Assembly (NCBI GenBank): GCA_031370005.1
Contig: JANMPT010000092.1
Location: 1-64,000, forward strand
DNA from: Bdellovibrionales bacterium
Lineage (GTDB): Bacteria > Bdellovibrionota > Bdellovibrionia > Bdellovibrionales > Bdellovibrionaceae
DNA length: 64,000 nt
Reading direction: 5' to 3'
Within the stretch, counting starts at the first letter, position 1. Each line of letters begins with the position of its first letter. Shown here piece by piece: positions 20,799-32,479 of this stretch. The notes under the pieces were generated by a model, which saw only the letters and a list, made by a program, of their open reading frames with translations, was not told where the DNA came from and ran no database searches. The translations under genes and the position numbers were made by a program.

Positions 20799-22874
20799 AT
20801 GACCTCTCCACTAGATTTAAAACAAATTGTCTCAAATTGGCAGAGCTCTGGCGATCGTGTTAATGCGCATTGGTCTGGCAGTTTTGATGATTATTTGGCA
20901 ATGGTAAAGAAAAATCCAAAGATCACTCGGAACGCCTATCAGCGCTTATATGACATGATCATTGAGGCCGGTACGGAAGAGTATATCGATTTTAAAAAAC
21001 AAGTTGTTCGTTATAAATTTTTTGACGATGCCGTCAATGGCGGAAAAGACGCTGTTTTCGGATTAGATGTGGCATTGATGAAACTTGTGAATGTACTCAG
21101 AGCCGCTGCCCTTGGGTATGGCACGGAGAAGCGAGTTATTCTTTTGCATGGGCCTGTCGGAAGTGCAAAGTCTACTATTTGTCGCATGATTAAAAAAGGC
21201 TTGGAGGCCTATTCAAAAACAGAAAGCGGACCGCTTTATACTTTTGAATGGGTTGATGAAGACGGCAAGCTCGATGGGCTTCTTGGAAAAGGCGTAAAGG
21301 CTTTCCAAAGTCCAATGCACGAGGAGCCTTTGCTTCTTATTCCTGACGAGTTGCGCCCGAAAATTTGTGAAGAGCTCAATCGTGGACAAGAGGGCGCTTT
21401 CCGTATGAGCATTGATGGTGAGCTTAGTCCACCAAGCCGTTTTATCTTTAGAGCTTTGATGGACAGATACCATGGAGATCTAATGAAGGTTCTCTCCCAT
21501 GTACGGGTGAAGAGAATGTTCTTATCGGAAGCTGATCGAATTGGTATTGGCACCTTTCAACCAAAGGATGAAAAAAATCAAGATTCCACAGAGCTCACCG
21601 GTGACATTAACTACCGCAAGATTGCCGAGTATGGATCAGACTCTGATCCGCGTGCCTTCAATTTTGACGGCGAGTTCAACGTTGCCAATCGTGGGATCAT
21701 TGAGTTTGTTGAGGTTTTGAAACTCGACGTGGCCTTCCTCTATGATCTTTTGGGAGCGTCTCAAGAACACAGAGTAAAACCTAAAAAGTTTGCACAAACC
21801 CATATTGACGAAGTCATCATTGGTCATACAAATGAGCCTGAATACCGTCGACTACAAGATAATGAATTCATGGAAGCCCTACGTGATCGTACCGTGAAAA
21901 TTGATATTCCATATATTACTCGCTGGAAAGATGAAGTAAACATCTATAAAAAAGACTTTAATTCGCAAAAACTAAGAGGCATTAGCATTGCTCCGCATAC
22001 AATTGAAATGGCAGCAATGTGGGCCATCCTGACTCGTTTGGAAAAACCCAAAAAGGCGAACCTTACGAGGCTGCAAAAATTGAAACTCTATAATGGCAAG
22101 ACATTGCCAAACTATACGGAAGATAATGTGAAAGAGCTTCGCAAAGAGACCCAGCGCGAAGGCTTAGAGGGGATTTCGCCGCGTTATATCCAAGATAAGC
22201 TTTCAAATGCTTTGGTGGCAGCTCAACAAAATAACAAAGGCTCCGTGAATCCATTCATGGTCTTAAATGAACTCGAATCAGGGCTTAAAAACCACTCCTT
22301 GCTTTCGAATGAAGAGCTAAAGGCGGATTATCGCGAATTGTTGGGCGTGGTTAAGCAAGAATACGAAGAGATAATTAAAGCCGAGGTACAGAGAGCTATT
22401 AGCGCTGATGAGAGTGCTCTCTTGAGATTGTGCGCAAATTATATCGACAATGTAAAAGCATATACTCAAAAAGAAAAAGTTCGTAACCAATTTACTGGTC
22501 AGGATGAAGAGCCAGATGAGCGGCTGATGCGTTCTATCGAGGATAAAATTGAAATTCCGGAGTCTCGAAAAGATGACTTCCGACGAGAAATTATGAATTA
22601 TATTGGCGCGCTTGCTGTTGAAGGCAAGAAATTCAACTACAAAATGAATGACCGTCTTCATAAGGCCTTGGAATTGAAACTTTTTGAGGATCAAAAAGAC
22701 AGTATTAAACTGACGTCGCTGGTATCTTCTGTGACGGATAAAGATACACAAGAGAAAATTGATATCGTAAAAAGTCGCTTAATCAAAGATTTTGGATACG
22801 ATGACGTATCTGCAACTGATGTACTCCACTATGTGGCAAGTATTTTTGCCCGTGGTGACGTCAAAAACAAGTAG
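20799..22874 (+). CDS. prkA: PrkA/YeaG family AAA+ serine protein kinase
   Basis: [11 protein letters not shown]alker [24 protein letters not shown]. Confidence 0.95.
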   Translation: MTSPLDLKQIVSNWQSSGDRVNAHWSGSFDDYLAMVKKNPKITRNAYQRLYDMIIEAGTEEYIDFKKQVVRYKFFDDAVNGGKDAVFGLDVALMKLVNVLRAAALGYGTEKRVILLHGPVGSAKSTICRMIKKGLEAYSKTESGPLYTFEWVDEDGKLDGLLGKGVKAFQSPMHEEPLLLIPDELRPKICEELNRGQEGAFRMSIDGELSPPSRFIFRALMDRYHGDLMKVLSHVRVKRMFLSEADRIGIGTFQPKDEKNQDSTELTGDINYRKIAEYGSDSDPRAFNFDGEFNVANRGIIEFVEVLKLDVAFLYDLLGASQEHRVKPKKFAQTHIDEVIIGHTNEPEYRRLQDNEFMEALRDRTVKIDIPYITRWKDEVNIYKKDFNSQKLRGISIAPHTIEMAAMWAILTRLEKPKKANLTRLQKLKLYNGKTLPNYTEDNVKELRKETQREGLEGISPRYIQDKLSNALVAAQQNNKGSVNPFMVLNELESGLKNHSLLSNEELKADYRELLGVVKQEYEEIIKAEVQRAISADESALLRLCANYIDNVKAYTQKEKVRNQFTGQDEEPDERLMRSIEDKIEIPESRKDDFRREIMNYIGALAVEGKKFNYKMNDRLHKALELKLFEDQKDSIKLTSLVSSVTDKDTQEKIDIVKSRLIKDFGYDDVSATDVLHYVASIFARGDVKNK

Positions 22875-22883
22875 TGTGAAGCA

Positions 22884-23978
22884 ATGTCCATTAAAGAAGA
22901 CCACAACAGGTTTAAGGATATAGTTAAGGGAAAGGTGAAGGAGGACTTTAAAAAGTATGTCACCCAAGGGGAGATGATTGGCAAAAGAGAGAACGAATTT
23001 GTCAAAATTCCACTTCCACACATTGATATTCCAAGCTTTCGTTACGGAGCGAAACAGCAGGGGGGCATTGGACAGGGGCAGGGAAAACCTGGCGAAGGAG
23101 TTGGGGAGCCCGGTGCGGGACAAGGTCAAGCTGGAGAAAACCCTGGAGAACATCTTTTAGAGGTCGAACTTAGTATGGACGAGCTTGCCGACATTCTCGG
23201 AGAAAAGCTTGAGCTTCCGCGTATAGAACCTAAAGGTAATAAAAACATTGAAATGGAAAAAACACGTTATTCAGGCATTGCCCCAGTGGGACCTGAAGGC
23301 CTGCGTAACTTTAAAGCTTCTTATAAGAGGGCACTCAAGCGCTATGTAAGTTCGGGAATCTATACGCCCGAAGACCCAGTGATTGTGCCGATACGTCGCG
23401 ACTTCCAATACAGATCTTTTAAAAAAGTAACTAAGCCCCAGGCTAAAGCTGTTGTGATTTATATGATGGATGTGTCTGGTTCTATGGGAGACGAGCAAAA
23501 AGAAATTGTTCGTCTTGAAAGTTTTTGGATCAATACCTGGTTAAAAAAGCACTATAAAGGTCTCGAGACACGTTTTATTATTCACGATGCTGCGGCTAAA
23601 GAGGTTGATGAAGACACGTTCTTTAGAACGAGCGAATCCGGAGGAACTTTGATTAGTTCCGCATACAAGCTATGTCAGCAAATTGTTGAAACTGATTATC
23701 CAGTAAATGAGTGGAACATTTACCCATTTCACTTTAGCGATGGCGATAATTGGAGTGGTGAAGACACGAGGCTTTGTACGAAAATACTTAAAGATTTTTT
23801 TCTGCCAAAAGCCAACGTGTTTTGCTATGGGCAGGTTGAGAGTAAATATGGCAGCGGTCAATTCCTAAAAGACTTGCAAAAGGAATTCGGTTCTGACGAA
23901 AGAATTATCTGTAGTCAAATTGAAAGCAGAGATAAGATTCTCGACTCTATCAAGGACTTCTTAGGGAAAGGAAAGTAG
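22884..23978 (+). CDS. yeaH: YeaH/YhbH (DUF444) VWA-like protein
   Basis: [30 protein letters not shown]. Confidence 0.92.
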   Translation: MSIKEDHNRFKDIVKGKVKEDFKKYVTQGEMIGKRENEFVKIPLPHIDIPSFRYGAKQQGGIGQGQGKPGEGVGEPGAGQGQAGENPGEHLLEVELSMDELADILGEKLELPRIEPKGNKNIEMEKTRYSGIAPVGPEGLRNFKASYKRALKRYVSSGIYTPEDPVIVPIRRDFQYRSFKKVTKPQAKAVVIYMMDVSGSMGDEQKEIVRLESFWINTWLKKHYKGLETRFIIHDAAAKEVDEDTFFRTSESGGTLISSAYKLCQQIVETDYPVNEWNIYPFHFSDGDNWSGEDTRLCTKILKDFFLPKANVFCYGQVESKYGSGQFLKDLQKEFGSDERIICSQIESRDKILDSIKDFLGKGK

Positions 23979-23981
23979 GCC

Positions 23982-25505
23982 ATGGCAAACCTTACTCCTG
24001 AACTGGAGCACGAAAGACTGAAAATTTGTAAAATTGCCAAACAGGCTGGGCTCGATTGCTTCGAGACAATTTTTGAACTGATCACTTACGATCAAATTAA
24101 TCAGTTTGCTGCCTATGGCGGTTTTCCGGTGAGATATCCACATTGGAAATTTGGAATGGAATACGAACACCTTTCAAAGTCTTATGAGTATGGTCTTTCT
24201 AAAATCTATGAAATGGTAATCAACACAGATCCCTGCTATGCCTACTTAATGGAAGGCAATGCCATGATGGACCAAAAACTTGTGATGGCGCATGTGTACG
24301 GTCATTGCGATTTTTTTAAAAATAATATTTGGTTTTCTAAGACCAATCGTAAAATGATGGACCAAATGGCGAATCATGCGACGCGGATTCGAAGATATGT
24401 TGATCGTTATGGAACGGAGGCCGTCGAGGGCTTTATCGACGTGTGCCTTAGTCTCGAAAATCTGATCGATCGATATAGTCCCTATGTAGACAAATCAGTT
24501 GTTTCCAAGCTGTCTGCAACAGGTCCTCAAGACGCGGATTTTTTACTCAAGGTGAATCGTCCTTACATGCGTGACTATATTAATCCACCCGCATTTGTGG
24601 CGGAGCAGAAGCTCAAGATGCAAGAGCTTGCTCAGAGAGCTCAAAAGTATCCAGTAGAGCCTGAAAAAGATATTCTTAAGTTCTTGATTTATCATGCGCC
24701 CTTAGCGGATTGGCAGCAAGATATTCTTTCGATTATCCGCGATGAGGCCTATTACTTTTCGCCTCAAGGGATGACGAAGACAATGAATGAGGGCTGGGCG
24801 TCTTACTGGCACTCAAAGCTTATGACTGAAAAGATTTTAGATGACTCTGAGATCATCGACTTTGCTGATCACCATGCAGGAACTATGGCGATGGCGCCCA
24901 ATGGTTATAACCCTTACAAGGTTGGTATTGAGCTTTTACGCGACATAGAGGAGCGTTGGAACAAGGGGCAGTTTGGTCGAGAGTGGGAGCGCTGTGATGA
25001 TATTCGCGAGCGAAAACATTGGGACATGAAGCTTGGTTTAGGTCACCAGAAGATTTTCGAGGTGCGCAAGGTTTATAACGACGTAACCTTTATTGACGAA
25101 TTTATGACTGAGGACTTTTGTGTCCGCAATAAGCTTTTTGTCTACAAGTTTAATAAAAAGACAAATAAGTTTGAGGTGGATACCCGGGATTTCAAGGCGA
25201 TTAAACATCAGCTCTTATTTCATATGACAAACTTCGGGCAGCCGATCATCCGAATAGAAGATGCAAACTTCGAAAATCGCGGGGAATTGTTGCTCACGCA
25301 TTTGCATGAAGGAATAGACATGCAACCAGATTTTATGACGGAAACCTTGAAGAATCTCTATAAGATTTGGACGCGCCCAGTGAGTCTTGCTACGGTGATG
25401 GACGGAGAGGGTCAGCTTTTTAAATTTGATGGAAAAGAATTTAAGAGTTATAAATTAGATAAAGAACAGAATCTCAAGCCATCCAATACAGAGTCTGAAA
25501 ATTGA
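23982..25505 (+). CDS. spoVR: SpoVR/YcgB family protein
   Basis: RYPHWKFG, IYEMVIN, AHVYGHCDFFKNN, MNEGWASYWH. Confidence 0.93.
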   Translation: MANLTPELEHERLKICKIAKQAGLDCFETIFELITYDQINQFAAYGGFPVRYPHWKFGMEYEHLSKSYEYGLSKIYEMVINTDPCYAYLMEGNAMMDQKLVMAHVYGHCDFFKNNIWFSKTNRKMMDQMANHATRIRRYVDRYGTEAVEGFIDVCLSLENLIDRYSPYVDKSVVSKLSATGPQDADFLLKVNRPYMRDYINPPAFVAEQKLKMQELAQRAQKYPVEPEKDILKFLIYHAPLADWQQDILSIIRDEAYYFSPQGMTKTMNEGWASYWHSKLMTEKILDDSEIIDFADHHAGTMAMAPNGYNPYKVGIELLRDIEERWNKGQFGREWERCDDIRERKHWDMKLGLGHQKIFEVRKVYNDVTFIDEFMTEDFCVRNKLFVYKFNKKTNKFEVDTRDFKAIKHQLLFHMTNFGQPIIRIEDANFENRGELLLTHLHEGIDMQPDFMTETLKNLYKIWTRPVSLATVMDGEGQLFKFDGKEFKSYKLDKEQNLKPSNTESEN

Positions 25506-25867
25506 GTCAGAAAAACACGAGACTTGTTTACTCAACTGACCCTAAAGACCAACACTGCCCAAAATGTAAAGAGTATTTGAGCGAGTGCGTGTGCATTAAG
25601 CAAGAGGCCGTTCAATCAAGAAACTTTGTGGCAAAATTCCACTTGGAAAAGGCCGCGCGGGGCGGCAAGACGGTGACTGTGATTGATGCGTTGCCCAAAG
25701 TCGAAATTTATCTTAAGGACCTTTGTAAAGAATTGAAAGTTAAATGTGGCGTAGGTGGAACCTATTCTATGTCTGGAAAAGACGGTTTAATTGAAATTCA
25801 AGGGGATAAGCGCGAACAGATAAAAAAAATTTTTGATCAAAAGGGCATAAAACACAAAGGACAGTGA
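25502..25867 (+). CDS. yciH: SUI1/YciH translation initiation factor
   Basis: LVYSTD, RGGKTVT, KCGVGGT, IEIQGD. Confidence 0.9.
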   Translation: MSQKNTRLVYSTDPKDQHCPKCKEYLSECVCIKQEAVQSRNFVAKFHLEKAARGGKTVTVIDALPKVEIYLKDLCKELKVKCGVGGTYSMSGKDGLIEIQGDKREQIKKIFDQKGIKHKGQ

Positions 25868-25966
25868 AAGTGTAAATACTAATTTATAAACATTTTTTAT
25901 TTAAATACTGGCCTTGCGCTCACTAGGCCCATTCATGGAGTATAGTTAGGGCAAGGGGGAAAGTAC

Positions 25967-26650
25967 GTGGGCCAATTGAAAAGAAAAATATTGATAATTG
26001 ATGATTATGAAGAAAGTTGTAAGCTGCTTTCTGAAATTTTGAATTCTACTTATGAGTGCAGTTACACTTCTGATAGCGCTAAGGCATTATCAATGGTGGA
26101 TGAAAAAAAACCAGATCTCATTTTGCTAGATTATAAAATGCCGGGGCTTATGGGGGTAGATATTTGCAAAATGATTCGCAAGAATGAAGTTGCCAAAAAT
26201 ACTCCAATTATTTTTGTCTCCGGGGCGGCTACTGTTGACGAGAAGATTAACGCTTTTGAACAAGGTGCGGACGACTTTATCGCTAAGCCCTTTCACATTA
26301 AGGAGCTTATTCTTCGTATCAAGGCTCGTCTTTCGGAAAAGGATCTTGATTTGAGTGCAGAGCTTAAAGCGGGAAACCTGCGAATTAGACCACTTTCCCG
26401 GCAAGTATTTGTGGACGGAGATGAGGTCAAGCTCACGCCTAAGCAGTTCGGCATTTTAAAAATGCTTGTGGCCAACAAGAACAATATTGTAACTCGCGAA
26501 AAATGTTTGGACGAAATTTGGGGAAACACAGAGGTGACTTCACGTAATGTGGACTCGCAAATTAATTACCTAAAACGTAAAATCAAAAAGTTCCAAGGCA
26601 AGATCCTTGCTGTTCCAAGTCTTGGATACCGCCTTGCGGTTCAGGATTAG
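25967..26650 (+). CDS. OmpR-family response regulator
   Basis: Receiver (IIDD, LLDYKMPG, KPF) plus wHTH (LTPKQF, RNVDSQINYLKRK, GYR). Confidence 0.92.
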   Translation: MGQLKRKILIIDDYEESCKLLSEILNSTYECSYTSDSAKALSMVDEKKPDLILLDYKMPGLMGVDICKMIRKNEVAKNTPIIFVSGAATVDEKINAFEQGADDFIAKPFHIKELILRIKARLSEKDLDLSAELKAGNLRIRPLSRQVFVDGDEVKLTPKQFGILKMLVANKNNIVTREKCLDEIWGNTEVTSRNVDSQINYLKRKIKKFQGKILAVPSLGYRLAVQD

Positions 26651-26653
26651 AAC

Positions 26654-27592
26654 TTATCGCGATCTATGAGCTTTTTTTGCCCCCCACCGCGCGCCCCATA
26701 AAATATCTGGATGATAGCCGAAAAGCTGATCCAAGTCTTTCAACGGGGCCCACTCCGTTCCTTTGTTATAGTCAGCATCTTTGATAGGGGCGGGCTTGTG
26801 CCAGCTTTCATTAAGCGCACCGACAAAGAAAACTGTGTCGCAAGGATTGATCTTTCCATCCCATTCAAAATCATATCGCCGTCGAAGCTCAAGATTTGGC
26901 AAAATGCGAATCAAGTACCCGGTTTCCTCCAGCGTCTCGCGAACGGCGGCTTCAGCAGGGCTTTCACCGCGCTCAATTTTACCGCCGGGCAAAAAGAAAT
27001 ATTTTTTTTTGTTTGTTGGGTCAAGCGCGTGAAACCCAAGAATTTTATTGTTATGAACTACGATGACGCTCGCCCGATTACGATATATTTTTTGTTCGCG
27101 CTTAGAAGCGCGCTCTTCCCGTCGAGATTTAAAAAAATATTGAAGACCTTCACGGCATTCTTTTTCAAGAACTCCCGCCGTAACTTCAATTTGGTGATTC
27201 AATCGATCGTCTTGAAAAGTTTTGTAAAGAGAATCAACTGCGCCGCCGCGAGGGTCTTTAGCGCCATAGACGACTCGTTTCACACGAGATTGCAAAAGGG
27301 CTCCTGCACACATTAAACAGGGCTCAAGAGTAACATATAAAGTGCAATCATTTAGCCGCCAGTTCTGAGTTTTTCTGGAGGCAATATGCAGGGCAATGGC
27401 TTCAGCGTGGGCGAGGGGACTTTGCCAAGCTTCGCGGCGGTTGCAAGCTTGGGCGACAATGGTCAAACCATCTGGCCCGATAAGGAGAGCTCCAACCGGC
27501 ACCTCTCCTTCCGCCCCAGCCTTTGCAGCAAGTTTCAGAGCATGACGCATCCATTTCTCGTCGAGAAAATTTTGCTCTCCGTGACGCCTCAT
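26654..27592 (-). CDS. tadA: tRNA adenosine(34) deaminase TadA fused to a C-terminal Nudix hydrolase
   Basis: GEVPVGA, HAE, TLEPCLMCAGA; Nudix box GGKIERGESPAEAAVRETLEETGY. Start chosen at ATG 27592 after GAGG (ORF extends to 27727). Confidence 0.88.
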   Translation of the reverse strand: MRRHGEQNFLDEKWMRHALKLAAKAGAEGEVPVGALLIGPDGLTIVAQACNRREAWQSPLAHAEAIALHIASRKTQNWRLNDCTLYVTLEPCLMCAGALLQSRVKRVVYGAKDPRGGAVDSLYKTFQDDRLNHQIEVTAGVLEKECREGLQYFFKSRREERASKREQKIYRNRASVIVVHNNKILGFHALDPTNKKKYFFLPGGKIERGESPAEAAVRETLEETGYLIRILPNLELRRRYDFEWDGKINPCDTVFFVGALNESWHKPAPIKDADYNKGTEWAPLKDLDQLFGYHPDILWGARWGAKKAHRSR

Positions 27593-27842
27593 AAGAACCT
27601 CAACCGCTTTTATCAATGATGATGTCATTGAAGCACACAGGGGTGGCTTAATCATCTGACGGACACGAATGATGCAAAGCGCAAAGCTGTTAAAATCTAT
27701 GTCGGCTACGGCTTTAGGGTTTGTCATACCCCGGCCCCTTTGCTATAGACTTACTCTTTTAAATTCCCTGTTGGGAATAGATATGGAGTGCCCTTTTTAT
27801 CGGCATTCACTTCCGACACATGCGAGAGGCGGGTGATTTTCA

Positions 27843-28046
27843 GTGTCAATGACGAAAATCAAAGATGGAGAGAGTTTTGAATCAGCATTCAGGAGATTCA
27901 AAAAGTCTTGTGAAAAAGCAGGCATCCTTTCAGAAGTTAAAAAGCGTGAGCATTTCGAAAAACCAAGCGTTCGCTTGAAAAAGAAATCAATGGCGGCCCG
28001 TAAGCGTGCGGTGAAGAAATCTAAAAAAGGCTGGGGTAACGACTAA
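27843..28046 (+). CDS. rpsU: 30S ribosomal protein S21
   Basis: [30 protein letters not shown]. Confidence 0.97.
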   Translation: MSMTKIKDGESFESAFRRFKKSCEKAGILSEVKKREHFEKPSVRLKKKSMAARKRAVKKSKKGWGND

Positions 28047-28063
28047 GCCCTAGGAGGTTTCTA

Positions 28064-28510
28064 GTGGAAATCAGAGAACAACTTATGGCGGACGTAAAAG
28101 ACGCCATGAGGGCAAAGGATCAATTAAAGCTCAACACTCTGCGGTTTCTTCAAGCTGCAGTGAAAAACCGTGAAATTGAACTTCGACCTATCCCGATCAC
28201 CTCTGACGAAGTCATGGGTGTGATCAAAAAATTAGTTAAGCAAAGAAAAGAATCAATTGAGCAATACCAAGCCGGTAACCGTCAAGATCTAGCTGATCAA
28301 GAGGCTGCTGAGCTAAAAGTGCTAGAAACATACTTGCCTGCTCAAATGGGAAGAGAGCAGATCGAGAAGGTTGTTACGGAAGTGATTGCAGCTTTAAGTG
28401 CAAAGACCGTGAAAGATATGGGTCCTGTAATGAAGGAAGTCATCTCTCGCACGGCCGGCGCAGCCGACAACAAGATAGTGAGCGAAGTTATTAAATCTAA
28501 ACTTACTTAA
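28064..28510 (+). CDS. yqeY: GatB/YqeY domain protein
   Basis: KQRKESIEQY, YLPAQM, KDMGPVM. Confidence 0.93.
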   Translation: MEIREQLMADVKDAMRAKDQLKLNTLRFLQAAVKNREIELRPIPITSDEVMGVIKKLVKQRKESIEQYQAGNRQDLADQEAAELKVLETYLPAQMGREQIEKVVTEVIAALSAKTVKDMGPVMKEVISRTAGAADNKIVSEVIKSKLT

Positions 28511-28530
28511 CCTTGTAATTTTGGAGTTGC

Positions 28531-30402
28531 ATGAAATTTTCTCCAGAGTTTATCGAGAAGGTCAGAGATTCCAGCAATCTCGTTGACATCATTTCTCAGT
28601 ATACGCAGTTAAAACCTACGGGAAGTGGTCTTATGGGCCGCTGCCCCTTTCCGGATCATCAGGAAAAGACGCCAAGTTTTTCTGTATCTGAAGTTAAACA
28701 GGTTTATCACTGTTTTGGCTGCCATAAAAAAGGCAATATTTTTACTTTTCTTCAAAACTATCAAGGAATGAATTTCCCTGAGGCCATCGAGTTTCTTGCC
28801 AGTCGCGCTGGAATTGCAATGCCAGAGAAAAACAATACAGAAGGCGATGAGCGATACGATCGTCAAAAAGAGCTTAGAAAACTTTTAGCTCGCGTGAATC
28901 AGCTCGCAAATCAATATTTTATTGAGCAGCTAAAACGAGTGCCGAATGATCATCCCGTTAAAAAATACATAACCAAGCGTGGACTTTCTCAAGAGGTTCT
29001 TGAGGCATTCCAAGTGGGCTACTCGACCCCCGAGTGGGACGGCTTGGTTAAGTATCTGGAGTCCAAAAAAGTTCCAATGGATTTGGTGGAGGAGGCTCGT
29101 CTCGCCAAGGCCCGGAGCGGTGGAAAAACTGGATGCTTTGATATTTTCCGTGACCGGCTAATGTTTCCAATCCTCAACCCCATGGGTGAAGCTGTGGCTT
29201 TCGGTGGGCGTATCATTGACCAGGGTGAACCAAAATACCTCAATAGTCCTGAAACCCCGGTATTTGTTAAGGGTAAAATTTTATACGGACTTGCTCAAAC
29301 TGCGCGTTATATACGAACCGAAGACCAGGCCCTCATTGTCGAAGGATATATGGACTTGGTTTCTTTGTATCAGGTAGGTATTCGCAATGTAGCCGCGACC
29401 ATGGGAACGGCGTTAACCTTGGACCATGGGAAGCTTTTAAAACGAATGACTAAAAATGTAGTCGTACTTTTTGATGGTGATTCCGCTGGGCAAGAGGCCG
29501 CAGAGCGCAGTTTGCCAATTTTACTTTCAGTCGATGTTCATCCAAAGGGCTTAACTCTTCCGAATGGTATGGATCCTGATGACTTCGTCAAGGCCAACGG
29601 GGCGGAGGCTTTGAGAGACCTAATAAACAAAGCGCCTGACCTTTTTGTGTTAATTTTACTGCGTTGGATGCAGGACTATAACGGCGGAGCATCGCAAAAG
29701 GTGAAGCTTTGTGATCAAATTAAGCCCGTTCTTGAAGTCATTCCTGATTCGCGTTTAAAAGATCTTTACCTTCAGGAAGCGGCTCGTCGCATGAGTGTGC
29801 CAACAAACTGGCTCAAGGATGCTTTATTTAGACCGACCGGTAAACTTGTCGCTGAGGCACAAAACCTTCGCCGCGAAAACCATGCTAATTCACAAAAAAT
29901 TCTTCCTGGGATCTCTTTTGAGTCGATACCTGCAGACTCAGAGCCAAAAACTATGCCAAATACTCCGCAATTTATCTTGAAGGGCGCGCCGAAACCAGAA
30001 GTTCTACTTATGGGTTTGGCACTCAAAAGTCGTGCCAACTTTGAATTGTATTTGCAGGAAAACATCTCTGAAAATATCTCACACTTTGCTATTCATGAGA
30101 TTTTAAAGAAAGCCACCGATGTCTATAGACAGGATCCTAATAAATTTGATAAGTTAACCAGTCTTCTTATATCATTTGTAGATCATCCTGAGGCGCTTTT
30201 CGTAAATGAAAATGCCAATGAAACATTTGATGATGAGAGCGAGCGCAAGCTTATCCGCGATGTTTTCAAAAGAGTTCGCGACAACAGCTTGCGTGACCAG
30301 GCAAAAAAGTTGGCTCGAGATTTAAAAACAGAGCCGAGCGCAGAAAAGATGGAGCAGATTATGAGTATTCAAAGAAATAGGTATTCGTTAAATAAAAACT
30401 AA
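28531..30402 (+). CDS. dnaG: DNA primase
   Basis: CPFPDH...CFGC zinc finger, KYLNSPET, VEGYMD, FDGDSAG, DPDD. Confidence 0.97.
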   Translation: MKFSPEFIEKVRDSSNLVDIISQYTQLKPTGSGLMGRCPFPDHQEKTPSFSVSEVKQVYHCFGCHKKGNIFTFLQNYQGMNFPEAIEFLASRAGIAMPEKNNTEGDERYDRQKELRKLLARVNQLANQYFIEQLKRVPNDHPVKKYITKRGLSQEVLEAFQVGYSTPEWDGLVKYLESKKVPMDLVEEARLAKARSGGKTGCFDIFRDRLMFPILNPMGEAVAFGGRIIDQGEPKYLNSPETPVFVKGKILYGLAQTARYIRTEDQALIVEGYMDLVSLYQVGIRNVAATMGTALTLDHGKLLKRMTKNVVVLFDGDSAGQEAAERSLPILLSVDVHPKGLTLPNGMDPDDFVKANGAEALRDLINKAPDLFVLILLRWMQDYNGGASQKVKLCDQIKPVLEVIPDSRLKDLYLQEAARRMSVPTNWLKDALFRPTGKLVAEAQNLRRENHANSQKILPGISFESIPADSEPKTMPNTPQFILKGAPKPEVLLMGLALKSRANFELYLQENISENISHFAIHEILKKATDVYRQDPNKFDKLTSLLISFVDHPEALFVNENANETFDDESERKLIRDVFKRVRDNSLRDQAKKLARDLKTEPSAEKMEQIMSIQRNRYSLNKN

Positions 30403-30477
30403 TCTGAAGCCTCAAATTTGTAGATTATTTATATTAAGTTTTAAAAAAGTTTTTACATGCAGGAAAACGGGGTCTAA

Positions 30478-32304
30478 ATGAAACCAAACGCACCCAACGC
30501 CACAGCTAAAGAGCCAACTAAAATTCTTAGTGTTATAGAGCAAGAGGCCTTGATCAAAGAAGAGATTCAGAAGTTTATCAAACTCTTTAAAGAAAAAGGT
30601 AACCTGACCATTGAAGAGATTAATGACCATCTTCCGCAAGAGATTGTGGCGCCCGCAGTGCTTGATGCCTTCATGCACGGCCTAGAGGCCGCTGGTGCAG
30701 TGATCTCAGATTTAGTGGAAACTGAAAAGGATGAGGCGGATGGATCCTTTCTCGCTGATCCGGACAAGGCGGACGAGGAAGCAGATGAAGACGAAATCGC
30801 GGAAAGCGAGGACGTTAAAGGGAATGATCCGGTTCGACTTTACCTCCGAAAAATGGGAAGTGTTTCACTCCTGACTCGCGAGGGTGAAGTTGAAATTGCC
30901 CGTCGTATTGAGAAAGGTGAGCGCGAGATCGTTAAAGCGATTCTCTTGTCTCCGCTTGGAACTTACGAAATTATTCAACTTGGCAAACGCTTAGACGAGG
31001 GTCGAATTAAAGTAAAAGCGATCTTTCGTGGCTTGGAAGACGAAGAGACTCAATACGATGAAAAAGAGTATATTGATAAAATCCACGAACTCATTGGAAC
31101 AGTAACGGCTTACCATGAATCTGTGAGAAAATATTTTGATGTTCTTCGCAAAGAAGAGACCAATACGCCTGCACGCAAAGTCGCAATGGAAGAGCTCCTG
31201 AAAGTGAACGATGAGTTAATGGCTAGCTTTGAGTCCATTAACTTTAATCGCAAAACCATCAACCGCATTGTGATTAAGTTTAAAAATCTGGTGGGCCGTA
31301 TGTCGATTCTTCGTCGTCGAATCAAGGACGGCACGGAGAAAACTTTTGCCAAAGATGTCAATGCACTTGCAGAGCGCTTAAAGCTTATTGATGGAAACGA
31401 GAAAGAACTTACCAAAATGAGTCGTGAGACCGGCTTGAATTATAACAAATTTCGTTCTTACGCGATTCAAGCTCAAGAGGCCTCTGTTCGCCTCGGTCGA
31501 TTGGACAGTGAAACTGAGATGAACTTTCGTTGGATTCAAGACACTTATACAGCTATTTGGAAGGGCGAGCGCGAAGCTGATTTGGCAAAATCTGAACTGG
31601 TTGAAGCCAATCTTCGCTTGGTGGTTTCTATTGCAAAGAAATACACTAATCGTGGATTGCAATTCCTGGATCTTATTCAAGAAGGCAATATTGGTTTGAT
31701 GAAAGCCGTTGATAAATTTGAATATCGTCGTGGTTATAAGTTCTCAACTTACGCGACTTGGTGGATTCGACAAGCAATTACTCGTGCGATTGCGGATCAG
31801 GCCAGGACTATTCGCATTCCGGTCCACATGATTGAAACGATCAACAAGCTTGTTCGGACCTCGCGCTACCTCGTGCAAGAGCTTGGCCGAGAACCAATTC
31901 CGGAAGAGATTGCGGAAAAAATGGATATGGCTGTCGATAAGGTTCGCAAGGTTCTGAAAATTGCGAAAGAGCCTATTTCACTGGAGACCCCAGTGGGAGA
32001 AGAGGAAGACTCGCACTTAGGCGACTTTATCGAAGACAAAAAAGTTATTAACCCAGCAGAAGCTATTGTAAACTTGAATTTGGCTGAGCAAACCCGCCGT
32101 GTTCTTTCTACTTTGACTCCAAGAGAAGAGAAGGTCCTTCGTATGCGTTTCGGGATTGGGGAAGAATCGGATCATACCCTGGAAGAGGTGGGTCAGGACT
32201 TCAACGTAACCCGCGAGCGTATTCGTCAAATCGAGGCTAAGGCATTGAGAAAACTTCGCCACCCAAGCCGCAGCAATAAGCTGAAGGCATTTATTGATGG
32301 CTAG
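30478..32304 (+). CDS. rpoD: primary sigma factor RpoD
   Basis: [45 protein letters not shown]. Confidence 0.98.
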   Translation: MKPNAPNATAKEPTKILSVIEQEALIKEEIQKFIKLFKEKGNLTIEEINDHLPQEIVAPAVLDAFMHGLEAAGAVISDLVETEKDEADGSFLADPDKADEEADEDEIAESEDVKGNDPVRLYLRKMGSVSLLTREGEVEIARRIEKGEREIVKAILLSPLGTYEIIQLGKRLDEGRIKVKAIFRGLEDEETQYDEKEYIDKIHELIGTVTAYHESVRKYFDVLRKEETNTPARKVAMEELLKVNDELMASFESINFNRKTINRIVIKFKNLVGRMSILRRRIKDGTEKTFAKDVNALAERLKLIDGNEKELTKMSRETGLNYNKFRSYAIQAQEASVRLGRLDSETEMNFRWIQDTYTAIWKGEREADLAKSELVEANLRLVVSIAKKYTNRGLQFLDLIQEGNIGLMKAVDKFEYRRGYKFSTYATWWIRQAITRAIADQARTIRIPVHMIETINKLVRTSRYLVQELGREPIPEEIAEKMDMAVDKVRKVLKIAKEPISLETPVGEEEDSHLGDFIEDKKVINPAEAIVNLNLAEQTRRVLSTLTPREEKVLRMRFGIGEESDHTLEEVGQDFNVTRERIRQIEAKALRKLRHPSRSNKLKAFIDG

Positions 32305-32330
32305 TAGTTTATAAGAAAATAAATATTTGA

Positions 32331-32365
32331 AGCTCTTGGCGATTGTAAGCAAGGGCTTTTTTTTT
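32331..32365 (+). terminator. intrinsic terminator after rpoD
   Basis: AGCTCTTG...CAAGGGCT stem followed by a T run. Confidence 0.7.
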
Positions 32366-32479
32366 ACAATCCGGTGTTCGTCTTTATTGTCCAGTTGCGA
32401 ACCTGTAATCCATAAAAACTTGAATAGAGATGGGCATTGTTCTTGCTCCGCTGGAGTCTTTCGACGAAAGTAGCTCTGT

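Noticed and set aside
26711..27316. 201-aa plus-strand ORF
   Set aside because: Antisense to tadA-Nudix; no motifs.
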